From Sphaerodactylus townsendi (Eukaryota): a stretch of 64,000 nt of DNA. The stretch spans positions 18,042,001 to 18,106,000 of the forward strand of contig NC_059440.1 in the NCBI RefSeq assembly GCF_021028975.2, in the 5' to 3' direction. A model generated the notes under the pieces. The model saw only the letters and a list, made by a program, of their open reading frames with translations, was not told where the DNA came from and made no database searches. Positions 49,272 through 61,134 of this stretch are shown in pieces; within the stretch, counting starts at the first letter, position 1, and each line of letters begins with the position of its first letter. A program made the position numbers and the translations under genes.

Positions 49272-50135
49272 CAGGAGTATACTGCCCAGAGGGACATATG
49301 GGGTCAAATGTCCCCAGACTGCAACCATTTAGTCACTTGGGGGGGGGGCAGAAAATCACCCCCACACTCCTTCTCCTTCCCCCTGGGTCGGATCGGCAGC
49401 CAGGCTCCTTACCGGCGCATCTAGCCGGGACCGGATTACGCCGGTACACCCTGTACCATCTTCACTGGCTGCCTATTGAGTTCCAGATCATGTTCAAAGT
49501 GTTGGTTTTGACCTTCAAGGCTGTGAGCGGCCTTGGGCCTGCATATCTGAGGGACCACATCTCCTTATACTGCCCCACTAGGTCCCTCTGCTCCTTGGAG
49601 AAGTGCCTACTAAAGGTCCCTGACCCGAAAGACATCCAGCTGGCCTCTACGAGGGCCAGGGCTTTTACGGCCCTGACTCCTCTCTGGTGGAACAGGCTCC
49701 CTAGAGAGACCAGGGCCTGCAAAATGGATCTGTTCCGCCAGGGGTTTGGCCAACTGGGTTGAGTGTGTATCCCCATTCCATCTTGGCCTCTCGTGGGCAC
49801 GGGGGGAGGGGGGCAGGGAGGGGGGGTTCTGTCGCCTTCTGAAACAACATCATTCCTAAGTTATGGTATTTATCGATTGTTCTATCTTGTTGGGTTTTAT
49901 TATTATATGAATTATGATTCAATTATTGTTTTATCTTTGCTGTTCACCGCCCTGAGCCCTTCAGGGGAGGGTGATTTATAAATCTAATTATAAATAAATA
50001 TAAATGCACTGACTTCAAGATCTGGTGCAAAAAACGTTGTTTGGTCATGGTGGGGGAGAGCAGAAGCCTATATGGGGTGGGGTGGGCCCCCGAAAACTTT
50101 GCACTGGGCCACATTTTTCCTAGATACGCCCCTTG
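49272..50135 (+). mobile_element. hAT-type MITE split by an L2 insertion
   Basis: The 5' part (49272-49380) and 3' part (50010-50135) match the family at 18270 and 27741. Confidence 0.65.
49445..50003 (+). mobile_element. L2 LINE 3' fragment
   Basis: LHWLPIEFQIMFKVLVLTFKA..GPAYLRD..RARAF..WNRLP, then a 3' UTR and a TAAA-type tail. Confidence 0.88.
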
Positions 50136-50827
50136 AGCCCAGCACAAACACTTCTTTTTACCCCGGCTTTTAAAATGGGGGTGGGTGGGTTATCCTCATC
50201 ATTTTAATGGTCTGCTTCTGTTTCACAGACAGTTTTTATGCTGCTTATATCCAATGGATTTTTTTAATATTGTAATTTTTATTGTAAGCCGTCTTAAGCA
50301 TGATTCTTAAGGGGCAACATATAATCACCCCAAGGGAATAAATATTCTAATTTACACACTTGTGGTCTTCTTCACATTGATCCTACATTCCCTTCAGGTT
50401 GAATTCTTGACTGTGCACACATGTCCCCTCTTTGGAATTCACCATGCTTTCAGATCAGAAAATTCCAGTGGTTTCCAAACGTTCTCAAAGCGTGACTTTT
50501 TCTCTCCCCTTGCAGGGAAAGCAAAGGAATTCTATACGCTTTAGTCTTTCTTCGGGTGTTCTTTCTCCTCCTCTCTTCACCTGCCCACCCCATAGCAATT
50601 CTTCCCACTATTTGAGACCCCATTTCAGAACAATCAGAAGGGCCTCCTCTTTTTTTAAAAACAGGGAAAATGACATGAAATTAACCAGATCTAGCAAAGT
50701 AACACTAGACCAAAGATTGCAGTTTAGTCTGCCAAATGGGGAATGTGTCAAATTGCACACCCAGGCCTGACCACTAGCCCACACTAATTTGCAACCCCAG
50801 GTGAACCTGGGCGGGGATCCATGTTAC

Positions 50828-50956
50828 CTCCTGGGCCACAAGCCCTGTGCCACAAGCCACATCGAGTACCAGAACATCTGCGAGGGATCCCTGGAACACA
50901 GAGGCCAGACAGGAAGCAGCCAATCTGGGGGCTTGGTACTGTAGCGTTATCACATC
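50828..50956 (-). CDS. METTL27: METTL27 coding exon 2 (SAM-binding motif I)
   Basis: 129 nt, translated by hand: DVITLQYQAPRLAASCLASVFQGSLADVLVLDVACGTGLVAQE, with TAG/GTAAC borders. Confidence 0.93.
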
Positions 50957-51506
50957 CTAGAGGAGAAAAGCATCAGGCAATTATCTGAGCTGGTGAATTC
51001 ACAACAAGCATTTTTTTAAAAAGCTACTGCATGTTGCATACTTAATCACAATAGTCCTCTGAGATTCAGTTCAAGGCCACCTACAGAGATTTATGGCTAC
51101 CCAGGGACTTGAACTTTGCCTCCAAACTGAGCAGTCTGTGTTCTTTATCGTTCTGCACGTTCCAGAGCAGAGTCCGAGATCTGAAAACAGATGCTGGGCC
51201 TGTGACTTGTGGCCGAAATTGAGACAGAGCAATAGCCCCAGAACAGGTCAGATCCAAGGAGGAAAGTCCCACTGCTTGCTAGCACAGGGCCAAAAGGGAG
51301 GACGGGAGATAAGGTGAATGTTTCAAAGGACAGATTTCAGACAGGGTGGTGGCCCTGGGGCAGCTGGCTCCACCCCAATCTGCATTGGAGGAGACTGCTC
51401 ACCCTTGAAAGAGCAGTGGTGCAGCCCAGGAGTGTTCATAGACCCACAGGTCTACAAGACTTGATAGCTTGGGGGGGAGGGGAAGAAAGGGGAACCCTGA
51501 CTTCAG

Positions 51507-51556
51507 GTCAGTCAGTCAGTCAGTCAGTCAGTCAGTCAGTCAGTCAGTCAATCAAT
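51507..51556. repeat. (CAGT)n microsatellite, probably the tail of a minus-strand LINE
   Basis: Read directly from the sequence. Confidence 0.85.
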
Positions 51557-51605
51557 CTTTACTATGGTCATAGTCCAGCATAGACCACCATATGGTACAG
51601 AAGAT

Positions 51606-51855
51606 TAAAAAGGTAAAGTTTCACTGCAAGCAGTGATTTTATAGGCAAGCCACTTTTGTGGGGTTGTTTGCCATTGCTATTCTTTACCCCCTAGCTAAGA
51701 GCTAGGAAAGGTACTCATTTACCGACCAATAAATGGATGGATGGCTGAGTTGACCATGAACCAGCTGCCGGGATATCTGACCCACAGGAGGCTCGAACTC
51801 CTGGCCGTGTGAGTGGCAGTGCAAGCACTTAACCACTACGCCATATGGCTCCTGC
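51606..51855 (-). mobile_element. tRNA-derived SINE with a Meta-like central domain (Squam2-like)
   Basis: Central domain gtcaactcagccatccatcc..ggtcggtaaatgagtacc, ACCTTT tail and exact 12-bp TSD GGTACAGAAGAT. Confidence 0.75.
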
Positions 51856-52544
51856 GGTACAGAAGATACTTACAATTGAAAGGATAAAATATAGTAAAAC
51901 TGTAAATACATGTATAGAATCCACCAGCAGAAGAAAACCAAGAGCACGAAAAGGTACGGGAACATAAAGGGGTGGGATAAGAGTGTAAATATTAAAAGGA
52001 AACAAGACATAAGGGGACCATAAAACTGGCAGATAAAAGGCTATAAATAAATCCCAGTGATAACCTTAGTATTTATTGTGCCTGTTTTATTGCACAGAGC
52101 ATTCTGCAATGTTCTTCAAGTGCTGCTGATATGTTATATCAGGGTTTAAGCACTGCAGCAGAGTGATCTAAAACTGACCTGTGTGACCTGGAAATGTACT
52201 CAGCAGAGGCAAAATAAAACCAGTACGTGCCTTTTTATGGTACTGACACTGGAGAAACACATGATCAGACAGGTTTGATGCTTTCCTCTGATGTCAGAGG
52301 CCCCTGTCTTTTTCTTGTGAAGGTCTGGCAAAACAAGCCCCCCCCCGCCCATTTCTTTCTGTAATACCCTCAGCGTCACCCATGCTCTGGTAACATCGAG
52401 GCAAGAGCGTTGTGCTGCGCTCCAAGCAGGGCTGCCTTTGGAAAGCACTCAAAAACGTTGAGAGGTGCAAAATGTAGCGCATGGATCATGACCTAGAGTT
52501 GACGGCCATGATTGGACAACCGCTGCTCCCTCCCAGTTCATTCC

Positions 52545-52830
52545 AGAGTTCAATTAATTCAGAGTGCTATTGTCACCCTTTAAAGCCTAAGAGCTGCGAG
52601 CATCTACAGGACTGCCTTTCCCCATCCGAATCCACGTTCCAAAACCTGACAGAAGGCCCATCTTTGTGTGTCCCTGCCTCTGGAGGTGAGGTGGGTTGCT
52701 ACCAGAGACTGGGCCTTTTCTGCATTGGCACCGAGGCCAAGGAACGCCCCTTCCTTTATGTGTGCCTGCAAGTTAACCCCTCAGAAGCCAGACAACATTT
52801 TTGTTTGCTTGTGCTTTTAGTGGTGGCTTT
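52545..52830 (+). mobile_element. Decayed L2 fragment
   Basis: Recognisably similar to 49450-49740. Confidence 0.5.
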
Positions 52831-53586
52831 TAACTGGCTTTGTTAAGGCATATTTTCCCATTCTGACTTATTTATAGCCACAGTTATCAGCTAATAATCT
52901 TTATATTGTCTAGTTTTATTGCTGATTTTGCTTTCCAGTTCCCTTGCATATTTTTCTGTTATGTCCCAAAAGCCACTTGAAGGGCTTTACCAGGACATTT
53001 TCTGAATATATCAATATTTGTGGCCAAAGGGCAGGAGATCGTTCTATTATATTCCTGTGGAATTTATCCTGCCCTTGCAAATGACTTAGATTTGGGGGTG
53101 GGAGAGTGGGGGACTTTTTTTTTGACGTTCCTTTACCAGGCAGATGCTTGAGAATAAAATCCTGGTTAAGGGGCAACTAAATCATCTTAATGATCACATA
53201 TATTTCCCCCCACGGTTGGAGATCTGGATTACGTTGCTCAGAAACACACAACCAGCCACACTGTCAGGAACTGAGCTTCTAGTTTGTTTTATTTATTTTA
53301 ATTTTCGATTTATATCCCACCCTCCCCTGCAGGGCTCAGGGCGGCGTCCTCATGAAACAAGAAGGTTGTCAAATACCTGACCTCCTATGAGAAGCCAGCA
53401 TGGGATCGTAGTGGTCAAGGTGTTGGACTAGGATCTGAGAAGCCCTTGTTGCCAAGAGCTAAACATAGACTTTCTCTTCGCAAAGTTCCCAAAGCTTTTT
53501 TAAAAAAGCCATCTGGATGTACAGGCAGGAGGGGGAACGCTCTCTGCACATGCTCTTAGCCACCGCCAGCAAAGCGGGAGAGGCAC

Positions 53587-53709
53587 CTGCTCATACTCCG
53601 GAGCCCAGCCGTCGTAAAAGTGCAGTTGTTCCTCCGAGTCGTTTTCGTGATGCACAGCAGAGACGCGACGTTGAACCTCCGCTAGGCTCCGGCTGCTGGA
53701 GGCGGCCAT
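53587..53709 (-). CDS. METTL27: METTL27 coding exon 1
   Basis: ATG at 53709. Encodes MAASSSRSLAEVQRRVSAVH...LHFYDGWAPEYEQ, 123 nt, phase 0. The five exons total 711 nt (236 aa plus stop). Confidence 0.93.
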
Positions 53710-53712
53710 AGC

Positions 53713-53740
53713 GGAGGAGGAGGAGGAGGAGGAGGAGGAG
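53713..53740. repeat. (GGA/CCT)n repeat directly upstream of the METTL27 start codon
   Basis: Read directly from the sequence. Confidence 0.9.
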
Positions 53741-54256
53741 AGTTTTCTCTTGCCCCATTGGCCGCCTCCGTCCCGGCCCTCCCAGAGAAGGCAGCTCCCC
53801 TTCCCAGCCTGTCGCTGCACCCTCTCCTGGATCGGCTTAATCTGTTTGCGGAACTCTAGTCCCGCCTGCTCTATGTCAAATAACTAATACAGGGGTATCC
53901 AACTCTGGCCCCTCCAGATGTTCATGGACTATGATTCCCATCAGCCCCAGGGGCACCCCTGAACTAATATACGAGTGTTTTGGTTTTTCTTGCTTGTTTC
54001 TTGTCGGCTGGAGGCAAACGCTTGTCGCTCTTTTCAAGATGACTCTCGGCTCTTTTACAGCATTCATCATCAACCAAGACGAGGCTTTAGATGAGGCTGA
54101 GATGGGGCAGCATTGAGCGTGGCCACTAAGAGCTTCCAACAAGCATCTCTTTCCCCCTCCATCTAGGAAGGCGCTCCCATTTTTTGGCCTAAACGTGGCA
54201 CAACAGGCAGCAGCTCATCTGAGCATCTTTGGAAGCCAGGAGAACGGCGCTGCTTG

Positions 54257-54390
54257 GTTCCCATGGCAACCGGGGCGGAGGGTACCAATCTCCATGGCAA
54301 CGGGAGGAAGTCAGAATTTGCATCAGGAGGAGGAGGCGGGTGCAGGTGTAGCTGGTTGTGCCATCAGATTCATCCTCTCCTGTGATGTCA
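54257..54390 (+). promoter_or_regulatory. RFX X-box pair, GC box, CCAAT and CRE-like site (probable TMEM270 promoter)
   Basis: GTTCCCATGGCAAC at 54257-54270, GGGGCGGAG at 54272-54280, CCAAT at 54285, ATCTCCATGGCAAC at 54288-54301 and TGATGTCA at 54383-54390. Confidence 0.7.
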
Positions 54391-55031
54391 CAAAGAGACC
54401 TAAGTGTTGGAAGCAATTTGTGTCTTGAAGGTCACTAGACCTTACATCAGTAGCTTTTCCTATCACACGGTAAACCAACTTTCTTTGAAATTTCACAGAG
54501 CTGGTTGGGCCTTTCAGCTGGTGACCACTAGATGCCTAGACAAGGAGGCTGTTTTGATTCCTGCCCATTAGCAAAGGGGTAAGTGCTCTGAGAAACCTAT
54601 ACAGCGAACAGCACCTTACCCTAGGCGCAGGGCCTTCCCAATCAGAATTTTATACTGTCCTTCCATGATGAGAGACAATAGAGTCAAAGAGAGGTCTAAG
54701 TTTATCCAGTGAGCTTCATGGGCAAGAGGGGTTTGAACCTGCCTCACCCCGGTCCTAGTTTGAGACTCTAACCACTACACTGCAGTGGCATTAGGAGATT
54801 TCCTCTAATTCTGACAGCAAATGACCACCCTTAAGACAGAGCCATCTGCATTGACCTTTCTGCCCCAGGGGAACCTGTGGTGGTCCTTGGGGTAGGGTCC
54901 ATCTCAGCTGGGTCAAATTGCTAAGACTTCCAACATTATGAATGTTCCTCGTACCAAGTAAGACTGTTTGATTCAGTATTGGGGCTGGCAGCCGCTGTCC
55001 AAGGTCTCCACCCTTCATGACATTAACTAGG

Positions 55032-55315
55032 AGCAGCAGTGGTGTAGTGGTTAAGAGCAGGTGCACTCCTCGCTCTGCCACTTGAGCTGTGGAGGCTTAT
55101 CTGGTGAACCAGATTAGCTTGTGCATTCCAACACGTCAGCTGGGTGACCTTGGGCAAGTCATAGTTCTTTGGAGCCCTCTCAGCCTTACCTACCTCACAG
55201 GGCGATTGTTATGGGGAGGGGAAAGGGAAAGAAGATTGTAAACCCCGTTGAGTCTCCTTACTGGAGAGAAGTGCGTTGGGGGGTGGGGGGAATAAATCCA
55301 AACTCTTCTTCTCTT
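55032..55315 (+). mobile_element. Squam3-like SINE, subfamily A
   Basis: Copy with a B-box deletion and a CTT tail. Confidence 0.82.
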
Positions 55316-55537
55316 CTGCGACTATCTGCAAGCCATGCTGCTGCTTTCCGGCTGAGCTGCGGCTCCTACCCCAAACTGTCAATAATCAGAAAATGGTGTC
55401 ATTGCACAGAGAAGTCAACATTTGAAGGGAAGAGGCTGTGACTCAGTGAAAGAGCTTTTGCTGGGTGTGCAGGGGGTCCCAAATGCAATCCCCACCATCT
55501 CTAGGTAAAAAGGTCAGGAGGCAGGTGATGAAAGAAG

Positions 55538-56715
55538 AGTCCGTGGCATAGAGTGGAAACCTGCAGTACTGCAGCCCAAGCTCTGCTCACGACCTGAGTT
55601 TGATCCCAACGGAAGTCGGGTTCGAGTAGCCGGCTCAAGGTTGACTCAGCCTTCCATTCCTAGGAGGTCAAGTAAAATGAGGACCCAGATTGCTGGGGGT
55701 AAAGTGCAAAAGGCTGGGGAAAGTCATGGCAAGAGAGGAAAACGACATGACCTGAATCCTAGTAGGAACACCATGTGTATGATTCTGTATGAAAACTGGC
55801 CAAGTATAGCCACTTTGATGATTAATCACAACAGTATGAACGCAAAAGAATATATGCACTGAAGAAGATTATTCTTTTGAAAACGCTCTACAGTGCGCCA
55901 GCATTCTGCAAAGGTGATGCAAAAGTGATTGCAAAGTTCACTCAGCGTCCTTTGCTATTGAATCCTACATTCTTCCAGCATTTTGGAAAGGGCTTGTCTT
56001 CTCCAACACGTCTAATTTACGATCTTCTTCTGGTGGTTGGTAAGCGACCGGCTCCCACATGCCTATGTGATTTATCTACACCACCACAAACTGACTTTTG
56101 AAACATTGTCTCTATTCATGAATGGTCCCCCTATCTGTGGGATTTATGAATGAATTTGATTCCAGCGCTATTCTATCTATATATAAGAATGTATTTATAA
56201 TACTATTAATGCATTTAGACTTGTCATTCATGTTATAAATCAGTTTGTTGTACTTCCCTGTTTTGGGCGAGTGTTTTTCTGGAGGTAGCTCATCCAGTTT
56301 CCGTGAAAGTCATGGCAAACCACCCTGTAAACATAGACTGTCTGGAAGAAGAAGAGTTTGGATTTATAGCCCACCTTTCTCTCCTGTAAGGAGACTCAAG
56401 ATGGCTTACAAGCTCTTTTCCCTTCCTCTCCCCACAACAGACACCTGGCGAGGTAGGTGGGGCTGAGGGAGTCCTGAGGGAACTGTGGCTAGCCCAAGGT
56501 CACGCAGCAGGAGTGTAGGAGTGTGGAAACACATCTGGTTCACCAGATAAGCCTCAGGTGGAGGAGTGGGGAATCAAACCCGGTTCTTCAGACTAGAATC
56601 CATCTGCTCTGAACCACTGCACCATGCTGGCACCTAGTAAATATTGCGATGTGATGTCACCCCCGTAGGTCAGTAATGACCTGGTGTTTGCATAGGGGAC
56701 TACCTTTACCTTTTA
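55538..56715 (+). mobile_element. Squam2-like SINE interrupted twice
   Basis: Head and Meta-like domain at 55538-55732. The element resumes at 56319-56345 and ends at 56632-56715 with an ACCTTT tail. Confidence 0.7.
56346..56631 (-). mobile_element. Squam3-like SINE, subfamily B, nested
   Basis: Full-length reverse copy. Confidence 0.88.
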
Positions 56716-56922
56716 GGTGACGGAAGACTTCAACCTGAAGTCTGGAAAACTACTGCCAGTCTGAGCAGACAGTACCCGTTATGGCTAATGGTTTGATTCA
56801 GTGTAAATCAGCTTTGTGTGTATATGTGTGTAAAAGAGAGTGATAGTGAATGTGTTCTTCCTTTAACCACAGATCTCCCTGTTGCCCTGTTCCAACCCTC
56901 TGCAGTCAAGCCTTAATTCCTG

Positions 56923-57288
56923 ATGGAGCCTGTCGCCTGTCAATCCATCTTAGAAAACTCAGCTCCTCCTGCCAAGGATCCTGATCTGCCATCGCAGCCT
57001 CCGGCGCGTGTCGGCAGGATCCAGCGTGGGGCAGCGCAAGGCAAGACCAGCGGCCTGTACTTGAAGCTCGTCTCCTTGCGAGGCGGGCTCATGAGCTGGT
57101 ACTTCTGCCTCAAGCAGATTCAGTGGGACCTGTTGCAGTGGATCCACATCTCCTTGGAGTTGGCCATCGACGTCTTCTTCAGCTGGGTGCAAAATGTGCT
57201 CTTGGTTTCCATGATGCTTCTGCTGCTGGCTTGGAAGGCTCACAGTGGGGCCAGGCAGCACGGTTGGAGAACGTTGCTGTGGGACTTG
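56923..57288 (+). CDS. TMEM270: TMEM270 (WBSCR28) coding exon; true start uncertain
   Basis: ISLELAIDVFFSWVQNVLLVSMMLLLLAWK resembles the TMEM270 transmembrane segment as I recall it. Perfect donor TTG|GTGAGT, phase 0. Head-to-head with METTL27 as in mammals. Confidence 0.72.
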
Positions 57289-57463
57289 GTGAGTGTGGAG
57301 ACGGAGCAGGCCTCACTGGGCAATGGGAAACAGGAGCTTTCGGGCCGGGTCCAGAACTCCTTGCTTTTGCTGTTTAATTGAGGGGAAGGAGTGGGCAAAT
57401 TTTAATATGGTATTAAGAGCTCTTCTCATTGCCCCAGTTAAGAACATATCCAATGTTATCCTG

Positions 57464-57614
57464 GGCCCTTTCCGCACTTGCAGAATAATGCACTTTCAAT
57501 CCACTTTCAATCCACTTTGCAGCTGAATTTTTACTGTGCAGAACAGCAAATCCACTTTCAAACAATTGTGAAAGTGGATTGAATGTGCATTATTCTTCAT
57601 GTGCGGAAGGGGCT
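57464..57614. mobile_element. PIF/Harbinger MITE
   Basis: Long TIR GGCCCTTTCCGCAC..GCAGAATAATGCAC with exact 3-bp TSD CTG. Confidence 0.85.
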
Positions 57615-57617
57615 CTG

Positions 57618-57835
57618 GCTGGCCAAATGCCTGGCGGTACAGGTCCGTTTTTCAGGCCCTGTGGAAACTTTGTATGTCCCGCAGGGCCCTGATCCCACCT
57701 GGGAGCCTGTTCCACCAAGTAGGGGCCAGGGATGTAAAAGCACTGGCCGTTGCTGAAGCCTGTCGGATCGCCCTGGGGCCAGGGATCACCAACAGGCCCG
57801 CCTCTAAAGAATGGAGGGGCCTAGCGGGGCAATAC
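57618..57835 (-). mobile_element. L2 LINE fragment
   Basis: Reverse-complement similarity to 49570-49750. Confidence 0.75.
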
Positions 57836-60000
57836 TATCTCTGAGCTTGGGAACAAAACCAAGAACTTGACAAAGCCATTTTGTTTAGATATGAAGACTG
57901 TACTTAGGAGGTAACCTGAGGTCAAAATCGAACCTAATTGACATCTCTCTCTCTTCTTGGATACTCTCTCCAAGTATGCATCGGGAAAAAAAAATTATGT
58001 AAGATAACTCAGACTCACTGAAGAGCCAAACAGCTATAAAGCAAAGGAAGTCATTAGAGGGAAAAATTAGGAAAGATGGAAGGATGCCGTTTAGGCTGTT
58101 AATACACAACGCAGATAGCCAAAACAACACATGTCCCCATCAGAAACGTATAAGCGTTAATAATAACCAGATCGTGCCCCTCTATAATCAAATCAAAGGC
58201 AGCAGTTCTTGCCTAATAGTCTTTTGGGGTTTGAGCACATTCCAGTAAACAATAACAGGAGACCATAGCTTTCTAAACTGTTTGGTGGAATGCCGTTCCC
58301 CTTTCCCCAAGATGTTTATACGAGGTACGCTTACTCATTAACCACGCATTTGAAACCCTGCACAACCAAAGACACATGCAAGTTCAACAATTGCGTGTCC
58401 AAAATTTCGCAATCCAGAGCCCAGCCAAAACAAGAGAGATTCGTTATCGTACCAATGTTTACTTCCCTCACTGACCCCCTGAAATAACCCCAAAGGAACA
58501 CTGGACCGTCATGAATCGAATCGGCAATCAATCCTCCTATTTTTTGATGTGCATTTTTTCAATAAGCCGGAACGTCTGCGCATTGCCCGTTCCAGGAACA
58601 ATCTTGCATCTGTGGCTGAACACGTTCCTGTGGACCAGCCTTCTTCTAAGTCTCACAGCAACAGAATTCCACCTTTAGACATTGTCGAGAACATTCCCTC
58701 TCGAAGTTACATCAATAAACTAATGCTCTCGTTTCATATGTATTTCACTGGGTGTCAGAGAAACGGATTTGAAGGCTTTGCTCCCTCTTTGTGGTACGGT
58801 GTCAGATCTGCACCTATCAGCCTGTCTCTGCCTTTAGACATAAGTTCCTGTTGAGTTGGAGGTTTGACAAGCATTTGTTTGAAATCTGTTGGCTTTCTGA
58901 AAACATTACTGGAATGTTAAAACGTGTCAAATACAACTCTCTGTTGGTACATACTGCAGGCTTGGAATGTTGTCTGGATAAATTTTTTTTCTCTGCCTGA
59001 CTTCCCTAAGTAAATTCAAAACCAACCTTCATTGGACAATTACTCCTTATCCACGGATCAAAATGACCTCACGTGTGAGCAATCCTACAAATTGGGCTGA
59101 AAATAATTGAGGTCAGCAGGGAAATCTGGACGCCAGCGTTGTCCTCAAATTTATCCCACACTTTTCACAGAGCGGCTTGAATCAGGTTATTTCTCGCGGC
59201 TAGAAGGTCTTTTCTTTTTAACCAAATCCATGTTGCACGAATCATGTTGACTCAGAGCTGTTCCCCTATGCAATGAGAATTCACTCGGCCGAAAAAGAGC
59301 AGTCAAAAGTGTATTATGTTCATATTTAAGTTCTGGCTAATCTTTGGTAGTCAGAGTGGTTTGGATCGAATATGTTCATAATTACATGTGAGTCGTTCCA
59401 TCGTGCTGAATTAGATTGAAAATTAAACATTGACAAAAAGGCGATAAGGTTACATTTTATTTATTTGCTTCATTTATCATCAGCCTTGGTCACTGAGGCT
59501 CCTGACAGATTTCATAATTATTAAAGCTGTTCAGGAAAGATCAGTATATGATCATGGCAATGCGCCTGGACGAGCGACTAAAGCAACAAAGAAATAAAAT
59601 CATATAATATGAACTGGGTTTTCAGAACTGTGGGACCTAAAGGTGGTATCCTATATCTGGGGGATATGAAAGGGGAGGAAAACTGTGTACAGATTTCATT
59701 GTGTATGTTAAGTGCCATGATGTCACTTCCAATTCATGGCGACTCTATGAATCAAGATCCTGTAAAATGTTCCCCCACAAAATGTTAATAGCCTTGCTCA
59801 GGTCTAGCCTTGCTCAGGTCTAGCAAACTGAGGGCCGTGACTTCCTTGATGGAGTCCATGCAGCTCGTGTTGGGTCTGTAATATGGGCATATGTAAATAA
59901 CAATGAAGTTGCATTGTTAGGGCATTGTGAGGGCATTGTGAGGGCATCTGCAATCAAGAGGATGGGATAACCAGGCAACTACTATGCAGATGCCCTCACT

Positions 60001-60003
60001 AAT

Positions 60004-60078
<75 letters not shown>
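60001..60078. repeat. (TTTA)n microsatellite, tail of a very short minus-strand L2 end (to about 60103)
   Basis: Read directly from the sequence, followed by ataccgccctccccgaagggctca. Confidence 0.93.
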
Positions 60079-60134
60079 TATACCGCCCTCCCCCGAAGGG
60101 CTCATAATTGATTATGTACATATGCTAAAATGGG

Positions 60135-60380
60135 TGGATTCCACTCAACACATGCAAAGCACATTTGCTAATTGCACCCTAATTGCACATTTGCTAATTG
60201 CACTTGTTAACCAATGCAAATGGTTCTTCCCCCACCCTGGACATTCCACAGGTATATATACTCCACTTGCTTTACTACCATCAGAGCCCCTGAAGATGCC
60301 AGCCACAGATGCAGGCAAAATATCAGGAGAAAATGCTAGTAGAACACAGCCATACAGCCCGGAAATCCCACAACACCCCA
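60135..60380 (+). mobile_element. Penelope-like terminal repeat (second subfamily) with a decayed hammerhead
   Basis: TATA-like tatatata, then CCC-CTGAAGA-TGCC-AGCCACAGATGCA-GGC-AAAA-TATC-AGG and cagccatacagcccggaaa. Confidence 0.7.
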
Positions 60381-61134
60381 GGAAGGAAGTTTCCCTGAGA
60401 TTAGCAATCTACACATCAAAGGCATAGTGTCAGAGCCATAGAGAAAGGATGCCCAGTGCCTTGTCCCCTCTATCTCTGGGACTCTGTAGTCAAGTCCCCC
60501 TCTGAAGTCTGAGGTTAAAAGACTTCCAACACTCTGGAGGTCTCTTGCCTGGGAAAGCCGGCATGAGAGTTGCCATGAATCCCTTATTACTTGGCAGCTC
60601 TTTCAAACCCTGCTGCCGTTATAACGTCCCTGCAGAATTCAGTTTTTCCACATACACTTTAATGCTAAATTACAGAAAATGCTAGAAAGAGATATATGAA
60701 TCTTGACAAGACATTCTTTTTGATTGTGGAAATTCTTAATAGCCAGGACAATTTGAGACCATCTGCGTCTCACAATTGTCCAGAATAATATCTGCAGTGA
60801 CACTTGACGAGACCCCCTGAATATTGGATATCCTTCAAGTGCCACGTTGATTCAAACATTTTTCATGGATTGCGTGGGGGCACTTCTATCCTAGCTAAGT
60901 CTGAGGCACAAGGTGTCTTATGAGAGAAAAGAAAAACATCTCTGATCGCAAGGTCGTTGGCAGGGTCGTAAAGGAGTAAACGGCCAGCAAAAACAGAACA
61001 CCTAAAACATTTCAGACACGAAGTTTTAGACATAAAATATGTAATAAGGGCAGGGTTCTCAGCTTGCCAACCTCCTTGTGGTGGCTGGAGAGCTCCAGGC
61101 AACACAGATCAGTTCGCCTGCAGAAAATGGCTAT

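Noticed and set aside
5553-59950. Short tandem duplications (5553-5592, 26340-26445, 36096-36143, 59789-59823, 59919-59948) as CRISPR-like or functional arrays
   Set aside because: Two to three adjacent copies with no unique spacers in vertebrate DNA, consistent with slippage or repair duplications.
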